From Geosiphon pyriformis uo1 (Eukaryota > Fungi > Glomeromycota): 64,000 nucleotides of DNA. The stretch is from the NCBI GenBank assembly GCA_016748015.1, contig JAAOMT010000128.1:255538-319537 (forward strand), in the 5' to 3' direction. The number at the start of each line of letters is the position of its first letter. Position 1 is the stretch's first letter. The notes below the pieces were generated by a model. It was not told the origin of the DNA and did not search any database. It worked only from the letters and a program-made list of their open reading frames with translations. The position numbers were made by a program, and so were the translations under genes. Below, piece by piece: positions 38,558-52,030 of this stretch.

Positions 38558-40607
38558 ATGCTAAAAGTAGGCAACATGAACAATCTTCACGAAGAATTCG
38601 AGTCCTTGGAAAAATTCCATACCCATTTGGCAAAACTTCTACGAAAGCGCCAAAAACGTCGAAAGTTACAATTAGCCTTGGCTTTGTCAACAGAAAATCA
38701 ACAAAAGTCTGGAGTTCGTGAAAAAAAAGAAGAAATCTATTCAAAGCAACGACTTAATACTGCAAGATCGGCACTAGCAAAAAGCCTGAAAAAGCTCTCT
38801 AAAACTCGCTCCAATGCTGAAGAACGGAAATTTAGAGGATTTTCGCCTTCAATTAATTGGGGGTTTTCATACTCCTCCATAATAACTCAACCCATGGCAT
38901 ACGACCATGGTGAACAGCAAGACGTTGAAAAATCCATTCGTAACGATTATTGTCATCACTTTGTTGATTCTGGCCGACGACCGCAAAACTTCATCAGGGA
39001 CACCGAACTTTCTCAACGTTTTGATGAGTAAGCTTTCTTGCTGTTGATTTTAGTTCCTGATTGTGTGCAAGGTTACGATTCCGTTTTTTGATCATCATTA
39101 AGATATCCGAAGCTAAAAGAGCTAACCAAAATGAAAAACGCACTCGTGGCGAGTAGAGCAACCCCACCAACATATTTAAAAGTCGATCTAAGAAATTTTG
39201 ACTTAAAATCATTAGGAATGAAGTTTGATGTAATCTTGATTGACCCACCGCTCGAAGAGTAAGAAGATCCTCTGATATTTTAATTTGGCTTAATTTTTAA
39301 TCAACCATTTTTTCTTTTAGGTATTGTAGAAGATCACCTTTGGTTGCTGGCTTGAATTCTGATTATTGGTCCTATGATGAAATTATATCCTTTTTAGAAA
39401 AAATGATATTTTCTGCATAAAAAACATAATTATACCTTATCGCGAATTATTACGCCAATCTCAAAATTGAAGATGTCGCAGCTACTCCATCATTTATCTT
39501 TATATGGTCCGGTGATGCGAATGGTCTGGATCGTGGACGCCAATTATTGCTTAAGTGGGGATATCGAAGATGCGAGGATATTGTGTGGATAAAGACCAAC
39601 AAACAATGGAAGGCGAGTGCGCTTATATAATTGAAATATTTGTGCAATTGCACATTCCGATTTCTTATGCTTAAATTTGTTTTTAATTTATTGCAAAGGG
39701 GACACGATTCATTGAGCCAAGATCAGTTTTTCAACGTACAAAAGAACATTGCATAATGGGGATTAAAGGTACTGTTCGTAGAAGCACTGACGGACATTTC
39801 ATCCATTGTAATGTCGATACAGACGTGATCATTTCTGAAGAACCATCATATGAAGGTCAGTAGGGTTTCTGTAATTCTGCTCATATTTTTATTGTCGTTT
39901 TATAATATTCTAACGCATACATTACTTGACTTCATCCTTAACTTTTTTCCCCTCATGTTCACATTTTAAGTAGGCACAGCCAAACCTGAGGAACTGTATC
40001 ATATAATAGAACATTTCTGTTTAGGGCGTAGAAGACTTGAATTATTTGGGGAGGCGCGGACGCTTTTTCTTCGTAACTGAAGGTTTTTTATTGAAATTTT
40101 TGTTGGATTTAATAACATCCATTTCGATCAATTATACAGGATCATAATATACGTCCTGGATGGTTAACCTTGGGCGTGGGACTTTCAAGTTCCAATTTTG
40201 ATCCGGTTACATACGCCAAATATTTTACTGAGCCCCATGGATATTTGCTTGGATCTACAACTGGTAATTTTTACATGTCTAATACGCATCAAGGGAAGGG
40301 TTTTTCGAAATCATTTTTAACATTTTTCACATAAAAGAAATCGAAGCATTGCGACCTAAATCACCTCCTCCCCGAGATAATACTTCAACGCCGAAAATTG
40401 GGCCGAACGGAGCTAAACCTAAACTAAAAAAACCAAACCCGAATGTTATGCCAGTTCCTTTGCCTACGATTCAAAATTTTCCACATCGATGGGTACCTAT
40501 GGATGGAGGTTTGTACGGTAGGTGAAGATGCTTGTCTTAAATTATTCTTGTTCAAAGAAGTAAAATCTCCTTTTTTCGCAGCACAAAATCAGCCATACGA
40601 ATGGTAA
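38558..40607 (+). CDS. METTL14: m6A methyltransferase complex scaffold subunit, METTL14-like (MT-A70 family), ~9 exons
   Basis: Exons 38558-39027, 39103-39258, 39321-39384, 39454-39612, 39699-39855, 39974-40053, 40140-40263, 40338-~40517, 40582-40607 give [114 protein letters not shown]. The last exon choice is uncertain. Confidence 0.92.
39385..39453 (+). other. U12-type AT-AC intron (69 nt) in METTL14
   Basis: 5' site ATATCCTTT, branch-like TACCTTATC at 39433-39441, 3' site TAC. Removal joins WSYDEI|[10 protein letters not shown] in frame, collinear with METTL14. Confidence 0.88.
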
Positions 40608-40974
40608 AAACCGAGAGCTTTTTATTGCACTTCTTTCATAAAGGAACCATATTTCTTCATACTCCTGAGATAAGAGATTAAATATCCGGTTTGATTCAAA
40701 AATTGTGATGGGTCGTTTTGCTTTGAATGGTCATCAAGGAATTATGTGCCATGTAGAATAAATATCAAACACTTAGTTTCTCAACTGAATTATTAAGATT
40801 AGTAATTACTTTGAAAAAAAATTATCTTGATTGTAGTTAGTATGGTAGGTTTTTGAAAGAAAGTAATTTTCAAGACCTTCAGCGATTTGAAAATTTGATT
40901 GAATAAACTGTAAATTAATTGGAGCGATTGATTTAACTAAGATTTTTTGTGTCAAAAATTACTTGTTATTTTCT

Positions 40975-41768
40975 ATGTCGCAAGATCAGACTTTTTTTGC
41001 TTTTGAGGCCTATAATTTCGAAGGCGACCAAAACTTTCAGGTAGGGGCCTAATATCACAACTGTAAACCATTTCTTATAAATCGAGAGCTTCAAGTAGGC
41101 TTTGTGATTGAAACATAGGCTGGCCTCCCCACCATTATTGAACAGGGTAGAGTGACTTCAGAGATCGAATTAACTTCTTTGGTTACAAAAGCTAAATGCT
41201 ATTATTATTCAAGGTATTAAAATACTTGACATCACTTCTAGCTTTTAATGATTTCTAATTTTTTCATTTTTTGACAAGAGTGGTCGAACCAGTCGATTAC
41301 AATGATTATATGTCTTGGAAGCGGGATAATCTTCGAGAATCAACACTTAATATTCGGGAAACATTGAACAAAGATCTATTCACAAATAGTTTGGAAAAAA
41401 ATATTCGCATACATAATGGAGTAAGCGGTCTTATAGGTAGATATCACAGGATTGTAATAGGTTTATTAGAATTAATAGAAGAACGATCTTATACTGCTCT
41501 TTTGATCACTTAGAATGTGGCAACGACAGTAGTCCACAATATCCAAGTTCTTTTCAAGAAATATGTGCTATGATTGCAAGTGGAAAACCGATCCCAGGTT
41601 GATGCTGAGTTTTATATAATTACAATATCCTGCAAACATCTATAATTTAACCGAAAATTCGATTTCACAGTAAAACATATACCAAATCTGATAAATACGC
41701 TGGCGCCCAAAAAAGCTCAATTCAAACCAAGACCAAAGCCATGGGAAACCAAGAATGAATCCTCATGA
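40975..41768 (+). CDS. PEX39: PEX39/C6orf226-like protein with C-terminal KPWE motif, ~5 exons
   Basis: Spliced model, mostly absent from the ORF track: MSQDQTFFAFEAYNFEGDQNFQ|AGLPTII...KAKCYYYSR|VVEPVDYNDYMSWK...|...YPSSFQEICAMIASGKPIP|VKHIPNLIN...PRPKPWETKNESS*, using GT-AG introns. Confidence 0.75.
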
Positions 41769-41835
41769 TAGATTTTCAATCTAATATTTATTGGGTTCTG
41801 GGTTAAGCAACATTGTTTATTTTTACACTTCACAT

Positions 41836-43070
41836 TTATAACTTTCGCACTGACATTTCTTCGTTTGATTCTGTCTGAATAGATGCCTCAACTTCTTTGG
41901 ATCTGGCCACTATCCAATTAATCATGTTCCAAGAAAAATTCGTGGATCCACTTTCGATTATTTTTCCTTGATCCATAGCCTCCCGGCTCTTTAGCCATAC
42001 CATTACATAATCTGCTTTTACCCCTGCCTTTTCGAACCGCTCTTTTAGTAATATCAGCTTTGTTTTTTCTTGAAGAAAACGAGCCTGTACAAATTCAATG
42101 TGGGTTGACCATGTTGAAGTGCATAGAAGTTTATAAGAACAAATTAGACAAAGAAACGCCAGTTGGGAAGGTAATGTATTTTCTAAAGGCATGAGATCTA
42201 AAGAAAATTCATCTTTGGTATCTATTGGATCCTTCCTGATGTTAAGGGAACACGCAAGAAATGCCTCAGACATTTGTTTCCAGACATTATAATCATGTTT
42301 TCGAATGCTCAAATATTTAATATATGATTGTATCGCATCTAAAATAGCACAGAAAATTTAGAAAAAAGGATTTAGAGCAATGCAATATGTTTAAAAGCGA
42401 TCTACCTGAATAGCGGCCACTTCTCGTGTAAATCATTCCTTTAAGAGATAGATGACCTGGTTCGCTTGTTTCCTTCATGACAAATTGCGGACCATTAATA
42501 TGATATGAAAACACGGGAAAAAATGATGAATAAATACCATCTTTTCCACGCATTCAATTGCTAATTTTATCTTCCCCAACTTCAAAGCGCTACGACATGC
42601 GATATCCAACATGTCACGTGTCCCAGTCAATCGCATCGGATTATGTGGGTGTATCTCCACAAACTGAATATATTCTAATGCAAGACGAAGGGAGTGGTCA
42701 TATCGCTTTAGGAAGTAATAGTTTTCAATGGATTGCTTGATCTGGATTCCTCCATTACGCTTTTTTTGGATTAAGGTGGTGGTTGGTGTTTGGGGTTCAT
42801 GAAACCACTTTTTTTGTAATTAGGTTTCGTTAAGATTCCGAAAATTTCAGGAAATTGCAAATGATAATTTAGCAATGAGAAGCGCCACAAAATAAGCATA
42901 ATAGTTTTAAATTGATTGATTACACTGTCACTATCAATTTTTGGGTGATAATTCGAGTTTTCGAGTCGACATATCTTTGACTTTTTGGCTGTGGATTTTT
43001 TTACCAAAGGTGTATTCTCTTCGAAATCGAGATTGAATTCAGCGAGAAAAGCTGAGAATGATTCTGCCAT
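41836..43070 (-). CDS. TPR-like protein, resembling C8orf76, 4 exons
   Basis: Spliced frame ...SNYHPKIDSDS|WFHEPQ...ENYYFLKRYDHSLRLA...AIECVEKM|ETSEPGHL...GRYS|DAIQSYIKYLSIRKHDYNVWKQMSEAF. Helical-repeat pattern; the Y-x-x-K-x5-WF spacing recalls C8orf76 (recollection, not a search). Confidence 0.6.
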
Positions 43071-43342
43071 TTTCCCACAATTTGATCTTTCAAATTATCA
43101 GAGTTGGGTATATTTGTAAGAGTGTTTTCCCTAACTTTTAATTTAGTCTCGATGAATTTGGCGGTTGAACCATTGTAGTTTATTGATATATGAAACGTGT
43201 TTTTATGATTTTTGATGTAACCCAATACTTATAACTTCGACCAAATGTTACAAATGAGATAACCAATTAAATTATTCTAAATAATCAATATAATCTACAT
43301 ATTTGAATATTAAAATCACTAATTTTCACCAAGTTATATCGG

Positions 43343-46300
43343 TTAATGAGGAATTCCTGAAAAAAATAAAATTAGTTTTGATATATACAATAATCAATTA
43401 AAGCAAAATATATTACCATTTGTCGCCTTTTGAAAGGAATCATATAAAACCGTCCGCCGATTTTCATAGGATTGGTTGATTCGCTCAATCATGAAATCAG
43501 CCGCCCCACGTTCAGTCCTATCCAATTGGAAACGGTTCCTTAAATTCTTTAAAGTTTTTTCACCTTTGAAGCATGGAAGTCCAGAACCAAGCATTAATGC
43601 CACGCATTGGATAATTTTTTCGGCGTAGGGTCTTATTGACAATGTAGAAATAATATTTACAAATTTAAGAAACAGAGAGATAAAGAATTCCATTTAAAGT
43701 TCACGTTACCGTGATGCTAGGTACGCCTTGACGCATAGTTCTGAAAACCATTTGTATGGTTGCATTTCGGGACTGCCTCCCATTACTTGTATCATTTCAG
43801 TTGTAAGTTTAAAAGGAGAACTTTCAAATGTGATTCCTCCAGGTGCAATCTCGAGAATGAAGCCGAAATCTGGTTGTTTAGAGGGATTATTAGTTGAGTT
43901 TGAAATAAGAAAATTCTTTTTCAAAAACGAAGATTTTAACCTACCAATATGAATGATATGTCCTTCATCATCCAACATTATATTACCATTGTGGCGATCT
44001 TTAATCTGAAGTAAATATGCTACCACAGAATATGCCGCCACGCTTTGAATAAAACAGTTTCTTGCCTGAAAAAATAAACTTTAATTGTGAGGGTCTTCAA
44101 GTTAAGAACCAGATTCCAATCTTAGACTCACTTTTTGGAAATCAATCGACTCTTTTCCTCCATATTTATCCAGAAAATAACTGGAAAAAGAAAATATAAA
44201 ATTTCATTATGAAGAGTCAAAAACACTTATTAACAAACCTAGAGTGGTTCATTGGCTATGACAACTCTTGGATGGTCTGAAATATCAACCGAATAGAAAA
44301 TGAGCAACTTAATTGGGATGCCAGGCCAAGGTTAGGGAGATTAAAATTTTCTAAAGACTTAACATCCGCGAAAGGGTGGGAAAATAGATAAGAGGGCCTT
44401 GCCTTTAGGCCTTTTGGGGAAGAAAGATTTTATGCAATATAGGTTCTTGATAAATAAGTTGAGATGGCCGTTAGCCAGGTATTTCCAGACCATCCAGGGT
44501 TGCCATAGGGTAATAACCACCAATGGGGTAATCGAGAGCCAGATCTATCATTTTGAGTTAAAATAATTCTGGGACATACTCATAAAGATTATTAATCTTT
44601 TCTCTTCCTAGCTGATCACGAGATATGGAATTCGGAATTACGTCGATAACACCACACTATTAAAAAGAGATCAGTTAGAAAGTATTCTACGAAACTCAAT
44701 AAATGACAGATAGCTTACCCCGGGGGCAGTGGCAACAACCCTGTAAGGAAACAGATATAAATCTAGACCAACATTTGTGAAAATATTCTTGAAGATAGCA
44801 ATCAATTGCAGGGCCAACACATCTTGTCGGCAATCATCACCAACTTTGAAGATAGCAGATTGCCAAACATCGATTGTTTTGGGTTTGCCATAAGAATCTT
44901 GCAAGTCCGCTCCCATTTTTATAAGAGTTTCTTTGATTTCTTCTAAATCTTTTTTGGTTTTGCGGATTCTAAAAGTAGCCATGAAAGGGGCCTAGAGAGA
45001 ACAAAATTCAATAGAAAAATCATATCGGACATTGAGAATCATCTAAAATTGAAGAATTTATCTAACCAAATATCAGGAACATACCTTGGCGTGACTTTGT
45101 AAGGGGCGGCCCGATTTGTAATCGATACCTATAACAATTCCTTCAGGGTTACTGGGTAGATAAACCCCAACGTCAACTTTAATTTTATGCATTTCCTCGT
45201 CAATTTTTTGCTAAGAATTCGACATAATTGTTGGATGAATAGAATATAAAATCTGCATGGAAGCATTGGCAATTTGTACTGACCTTTTTCTCCTCTTTGG
45301 TTTTTTTAACAAAAGGTTTTAATTTACCAGATATTGAGGTTACATTATCAAAGAATGTGAATTCCCGTTCGTAAAACTCTTTATCTTCACCGGACAAAGA
45401 TTCAACAATATTATTGATTATGCGGTCTAAAGAAGGCTTCAAGGCGTCTGGCTGAAATAATAAAGATTGTTATCATAACGTTGAAGACGGTACAAGGACG
45501 ATAAATAACACCTACAATAACAGTTTCTTCATCTTTGTACATGTTTGCTTTCATGTTCCAAATAATCTGATGGGCAAAGAGTTGAGAAATTCGAGCAGCA
45601 CCCATAATAAATCTTTCCACATAACCTTTTGGGTTTGGTTTAAACTCAGTTAACAGGCTGCAATAAAAGCTTTGTATGAACAAAGAAAGTTTAAATTTCT
45701 TACCAAGACGGTCATATCTCAATGCTTGAACAATTTGAGGGATATAAAAGAAGACAACATCCACAGGATGATATTCAAGGACTCTCATCGCATATTGTAA
45801 AACCAAGGGATGATCATTATATGCAGGCGAGAAATAGGTTATTGCCGTGATAGGTGGGACTGGGGACCAGTAAAGCAAATACTAAAAGAAAAAGATCAAA
45901 AAACATATGGAGGGAATAATCTAATGCCTGTGAATCAACCATTCAACCGAGCAAACCTTAAGTTGTGGCAAAGTATTCCCGGCTAAACTATCCCCCAATA
46001 ATAATGGTAAGGCTTCAGATATATCGACAGCATTATACGCATTATTGGCTATTAAATTATGCAACTCCTTTTGAACTACTGTTTGTTGAAATCGTGACAT
46101 TAATTGGACAGCCAATCGCGGTGAAATAGTCCAAGCATGATGAATTAATGGCTTCAATTCATCCTGAGAACTGACATATCTAAAAGATTGATCTTTAGAA
46201 TTTAATGGATTGCACCATGTGGCGAGTCTACTAATTTCGCTTTTTAAGAACAGAAGAAGTAATTTCTTTGATTGCGCAGCTTGGCTCAATATATCATCTC

Positions 46301-49300
46301 TGGTTTTGTCTATAAAGATTTTTTTGGTTAGATGGCGTAATTATTAGGAAGAAAACGAGAGCATTACCTTACCAGCAATGATAATCGGTATCCCAGTTGC
46401 CAGAGCAGCTTGTGAATTTTTCTTTGGAACTGAAGAAAGAACTTCGTTCAATTCTACTTTATCGTTTTCAACCACTTGTTCAAATTCGAGAAGCAGCGTA
46501 TAATCGGCAAGAGTATTTCTTTTATTACCACCATACGCCCACCTTTTATTTATTAATAAAAATTTAGCTAAGCTTACTTGAAAATCTTCGAGAAAGGGCA
46601 TTTACCTTGGTCGCAAAGAAAACCAAGCAAAAGCAGCTTGGTATAGTCGTGAACGGAATTTGAATTCAATCAAAGATTCCATTCGATTGAATTCCAGAAT
46701 ATTAAATCCAATCACAAGGATTTTAAATCTTCCCTCTCGGGAGAGTGAATGATTGCTATAAAATATTTTGTTTTTAAGAAAATTATCCAATTAAAGTTGA
46801 AAAAATAATAATAATTAATTTTAGCTCACCTCATCGAATCAAATGCGTCAAGAGTTATTTGAAAGAGCCTCAAATAAATAGTCACAAGATCAGGACTTTG
46901 GTATCTGAAAACTTGAAATCGATTTGATAAAAATTGAACCCAGATGGTATGTGGTGAAAAAAGATAGTTGGCAAGCTGGTAGATTCTATCCCTTGAATTT
47001 TTATCGGAAGGCATATATTGCATTTTGTTGACAAACGGATCTTTAATACTGTAAAACCAAAAGAGTTAAGAAATGGCGAATTTGGAAATTTGATTTTAAA
47101 AAGAAGCCTTACTCTAAAGCCTTTGAAAACAATCCCTTGTGGTGTCTCAAAGTCCATATCCAACCGTCTATAATTTCAACCATAATACGTTTTTCAACTG
47201 CTTCCTTCTCAGTTATGACCCAATTCCATATGAAGGTTGCAAGCTTGAGTGACTCGGGAGAGAAAATGTAGATAGGAATCCAGACTATGTATCGGATAAG
47301 ATCTTCATCAAGCTAATTAGAGTGTATTATTTCAAAAAGCGGATTAAATAATGCCATATAAATGAATTTAATGAAACCCAGATACATTTTGGTAGAACTC
47401 ACCGTTGGCATCGCAATCAAAATCCCAGCAGCCAAATGCAAGATATTATTCACTTTGTTTATCGAAATAGGTGAAGAATGTAAAACTTGCGACTTTAGTT
47501 GGGCCAAAGACTCTTTAATTTTTTTTGCTTTTTCCAAGACATTTTCATCCAAAATTTCGGTAGGCGATTTCCCATCCCCCTTATCTAAAAGTAGGAATGA
47601 ATTTTATAAATATATTAGACATCTTTGATAAGATTTCTAAAATTTTGAGTGTTCGTTACCAAGCCAATACTGTGCTCCAGTAACCTGACTGCGATAATAA
47701 TTTCGTGCAGAATAGTCGCCAATGAAATAGGCAAAGTTGTCAACGATAGCATTAGGTGTTGACGGTAGTGCTTCTGTATATGTAATTTACATGATGAGTA
47801 CAGATTTAGAAAATGCACAAGAGAAAAGGTTCACAATACCTGATTTGTAATCCGAACTTGGAAAAGATTTTCCGATTTCTAAGGCTATTGAGCAACCCAT
47901 ATGAATTGGAATTTTCGATTGAAAAGGATCAAATTCTGCAAGGTAAATCTTTAGAGCGAAGGAAACCCTATGAGTTGGATCATATATGGCGCGTTTCATT
48001 TACTTCATCTTGAGGAATTTTTAACTTACCCCTAAAATCCCACTAATTTCCATAGTTGCATGTGACATGGTAGTAGAAAGCCATTTTCGAACATTTTCAC
48101 ATAAAGATGATAGCATCTCTTTTCGATAGCTGTAAGAATCGGGTAATTCAAGCGTTATACCAGCTTTTAAAGATGTAAAAGTGTAAATGGGACTATACTG
48201 TTATACATATAAGAGTCAATAATCAGTTAAATTTATTGGGAAAACTCTTGAAATTGTATGATCATTTTTTACCTCGTTCAGGTACTCAGCTTGGCAGCTT
48301 TGCCAAACTAATTCAATTAGCTCCAATAAAAGAAACACCAATTCTTTGTCACACAAGAGCGATGGAAGGCAGGTCATTATCGCATCAACATATTTTATGG
48401 AAAGCCGATGGACTTTTTCGAGCCGATGACAAATACCAATAATCATATTTCGCACTTGAATGCGAATTTCCTCATCAATTGTATGTGCAATAGCTCGCCT
48501 TGAGCATTCAGTTATAAAAACTTTAATTACCTGCAGAAAATATCTATATCAAAGACATTTTCGAAATAGGCATTTGTAAAAAACTGCAATTTCTTTTACC
48601 TGATCCCCTATTTCTTCCATGCATCCAATCAATTTGCTATCGTGAATTCCTTGGTTCACAAAATAACGAAGAATGAAAGAACAATTACCCAATTGACTTC
48701 TCATGGTTTCAATATGGTAAACAGACAGCAGAAATACTATTTCGGCAAAAGAAAAATATCGAATTTCTGAGACATGGTCGGGAAGAATAGAGCAAAGGTC
48801 GGACCGCAAATTCGCCAGATCCTTTCAAAGGTGATTGTAAGAACTAAATAAATAGCTTTTTTTTTAATAATGGAACCAAAACATAGATGAAACACAAACT
48901 TGATCAAATTTTCCTGTTCTGAGGGCTGAATTATGTTGCAAATCATTTGCTAAATAATTTGTGGCATTTTCCAATACTAATGGTGGAGTCTTTTGAGCGA
49001 TCACAGACAAAGAATCATGCCATTCACGGTAATAACTCGTTTCAGAGACAAATCCGCATAACACGCAATGGAACCAAACATTACAGAATAAATCGACTAA
49101 ATCAGTCGACGGATTAAGATGAGCCTTAAAGTCTTGGTGAGCCAAAAGAGCTTTGAGAACCGGAAGCAGAATTCCAAGTTCACCCGCTAAAGATGTCACC
49201 TAAAAACCAGAATTCAATTCAAGATATAACTATAAGGAATAATAATTTTCTTAATCTGTTTTTCACATTACCTTGACCCTTCCATTCTGAGATATTGCCT

Positions 49301-52030
49301 TTTGAATGACGACTCCCTTGTCCACAAATAGTGTTAAGATTTTTAGCATATATAATCCATAAAATTCAGGACGTGTATCAATTCTTTGGGCCAAATATTT
49401 CTGACATTTTAATACCTATTCAAATCTTAACTTCAAAATCTTATCGGGAGGCTCAATTTTACAACATAAAATTAAACTCTTACCGCAGTGGTAATTAATT
49501 TGTTTTCTTGGGATAATATTAATTCTTTGCTCATAGCTGAAAATTTTTCAATAATTTTGTGGAAAACTGGTTCGGATGCTATCAACGCAACATCTACTAG
49601 CTTTTCAAGTATCAGCGCTTCAAGTGGAGGTGTATCATTTCGCAGACGTAGTATCAGCAAGGAAACGGTTTTATCGGTAATCTTGAGAGATTTCCATAAT
49701 AAGTGAGTGATTGAAACCTATTTAAAATGGTGTGCTGAATTATATAATTTACCTTTTCATCTCTAATGATACATGTAATACCAGTTATAGTACAAACGAT
49801 ATTCTCGTAAATTTGTTGTCGTTGTTCTTCAGTACGCGAAATTGAAAATTGATTAATAGGATCAATAGAACTCTTAACCGGAGAAGGGGGTCGCTCTTTT
49901 CCACCGGCAGACAAGCTGTTAAGAAGGGCGTTGATTACTGAGATAGTAATATCCTGATTTGCAGCCTGACGGGAGGATGGATATAAAAAAGCTAGAAATT
50001 TTTCAAAATATCGAAAAGTTATCTTACATTTCTTATACCTTGAGACATTGAGCGAGTCTATCAATAGCATATTGTTGTATAGTGATATTATTATGTGCTT
50101 TTACAGCAAATTCAAATATTGGTGATGGAGTGAGCAGGAATTTGCGTATGATGTCGATCATGTCTTCCGTATACTGCCCATAACTAAATAATCAAAAATA
50201 TAAATTAAATCTAGGATAAACTCTTTTTATTTATCGCAAAATAAAAATACCAACTTCAAAGCAATCATGGCTACGATATCGAGGGCAGCAGTTTGAACTT
50301 TAATATCTGGGGTTTGAGGGATGTTGAATAAGGATGAAGACAATATACTGAGTAGTTCATCATCAATTTCTTGAAGATATATACTGCAGACTCCTGCCAG
50401 ATCCTATTCATCATGAAGTGCAGATCCAGAATATTATGAATTTGCGTGAAAAGATGACAGAAAAATGAGAATTTTGAAATGATTTACCAAACAAATAGAC
50501 ATGATATCCCTCGAATATAATCCACTGGGACATTCTTTTCCTTGACATAATAGATCTTCAACCATCGTGGCTAGCTCGGTGAAATATTCTAATGCCATAA
50601 CATATGTCCTTCGTAAAACTTTTCTCAAGTCTTCACTTATCGTGTTAGTGATTATTGTCCTACTATTTGTTAATATACTCCACACAGAAGGAAAACTCAA
50701 TAGCGCCAACCCATTCTCATTATCTTCTTTATTCCTTATAGAAAGAATGAAACGTGCTAAAATGTTTCTTGTCATTCTTAGTAATCCAACAATAATAGCA
50801 TTTGCAGATAAAGGCGCATCTAAAAGCTCATATTTTGAAAGTATACGCTTTCCATATGATTGTTTCTGATCACCTATAAGTAGAACCGAATTGATGGCCT
50901 CATTGATTAGCGATACTGAATCACTATGAAGTAATTTTTGAGTCAAGTGTGAAATAAACAGAAATTCCTGCATTTTCCATGGAAAATGGGAGTTTTGGAT
51001 CGCACGAATAGAACCATTAAGTAATGGAAGTACAACAGTACAGATGTGTTCGCCTACGTGAAAGAGTCGAGACAAGCAAAATATTAATCATATAGAGGAA
51101 ATTATGTGAAAAAAAATATGTAACCTTTTCATTTTAAAAATTTATTTAAATACATAAAATTTTTTCAAAATACCATTGCCACATTTTAACGTTTCCGTGA
51201 GTGTTTCCAATAATGCCATGACCGATTCAACAATTTTTTCGCGTTTTTCGGAATATCGGTTTCCGATCATTAGTAATTCTGATATCAATGAATCAACCAA
51301 CTCATCAGGTAGCGAATAGGCTTTATTTTATGGCACCAAAAAAATTTATTGTTTATTAATATCATTTTATAAAAATAGGATTTGCCCAAAATCCAAAGGG
51401 TAATTGTCTCATAACACACCTTTCCATGTTATATTTTCCTCGAAGGAAAAGGCAGGAAGGTTTTTAAGATAGTGCAATAAATGAGGTAAAATATCAACGA
51501 GATGGTCTATAGAAGTAGTGTTTCCTGCAAATCCTGCGAGAGATAGAATGCTTTGTTGATACGATTTGGTCTAGATTTAAAAAATAATTTACGAAATAGA
51601 AGGGATGAATATGAAAATAATTTGATATAAAATAGTTTTAATAAATACATGTTCTTTGAAATCTTTATCATGCAAATAAATAATAATTTTAAGAAAGTGG
51701 AAAGGTCTGTGAGACATAAAATAACAAACCATAATGCCAAGGTCTTCGAGTTTTCTCCCTTGATTTTCTTTGACATCTTGCTCTGGAAGGGGTGGACATT
51801 GGGCTAGCAAACGAGCAAGATCACTTTCATTGGTGGAGCTAATTTGGAAACTCAAGACGTGAGCTAAACTGTCAAGGATCAACCCGCGTAAATCAAACTC
51901 AAGACTATGTTAGCAAATGGGTTTCAAGTAGATAAGGAAATTGAAACTTCCAGTTAATATAAGCAATATAGACAACGAACTTTTGACAAACTTGCTATCA
52001 TTCTGGAGTAAAACAATAGAACCTGTCCAT
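43343..52030 (-). CDS. STT4: Phosphatidylinositol 4-kinase type III alpha, multi-exon
   Basis: Start MDS|[17 protein letters not shown] helical domain ([14 protein letters not shown]), kinase motifs [47 protein letters not shown]; C-terminus TNG|IPH*. Confidence 0.95.

Noticed and set aside
44181-44579. PI4K intron element called specifically as RNase MRP/SRP RNA or a hAT MITE
   Set aside because: ACCAATGGGG resembles MRP CR-V but no pairing CR-I was found; CAGGGTTGCCA points outward and there is no TSD. Left unassigned.
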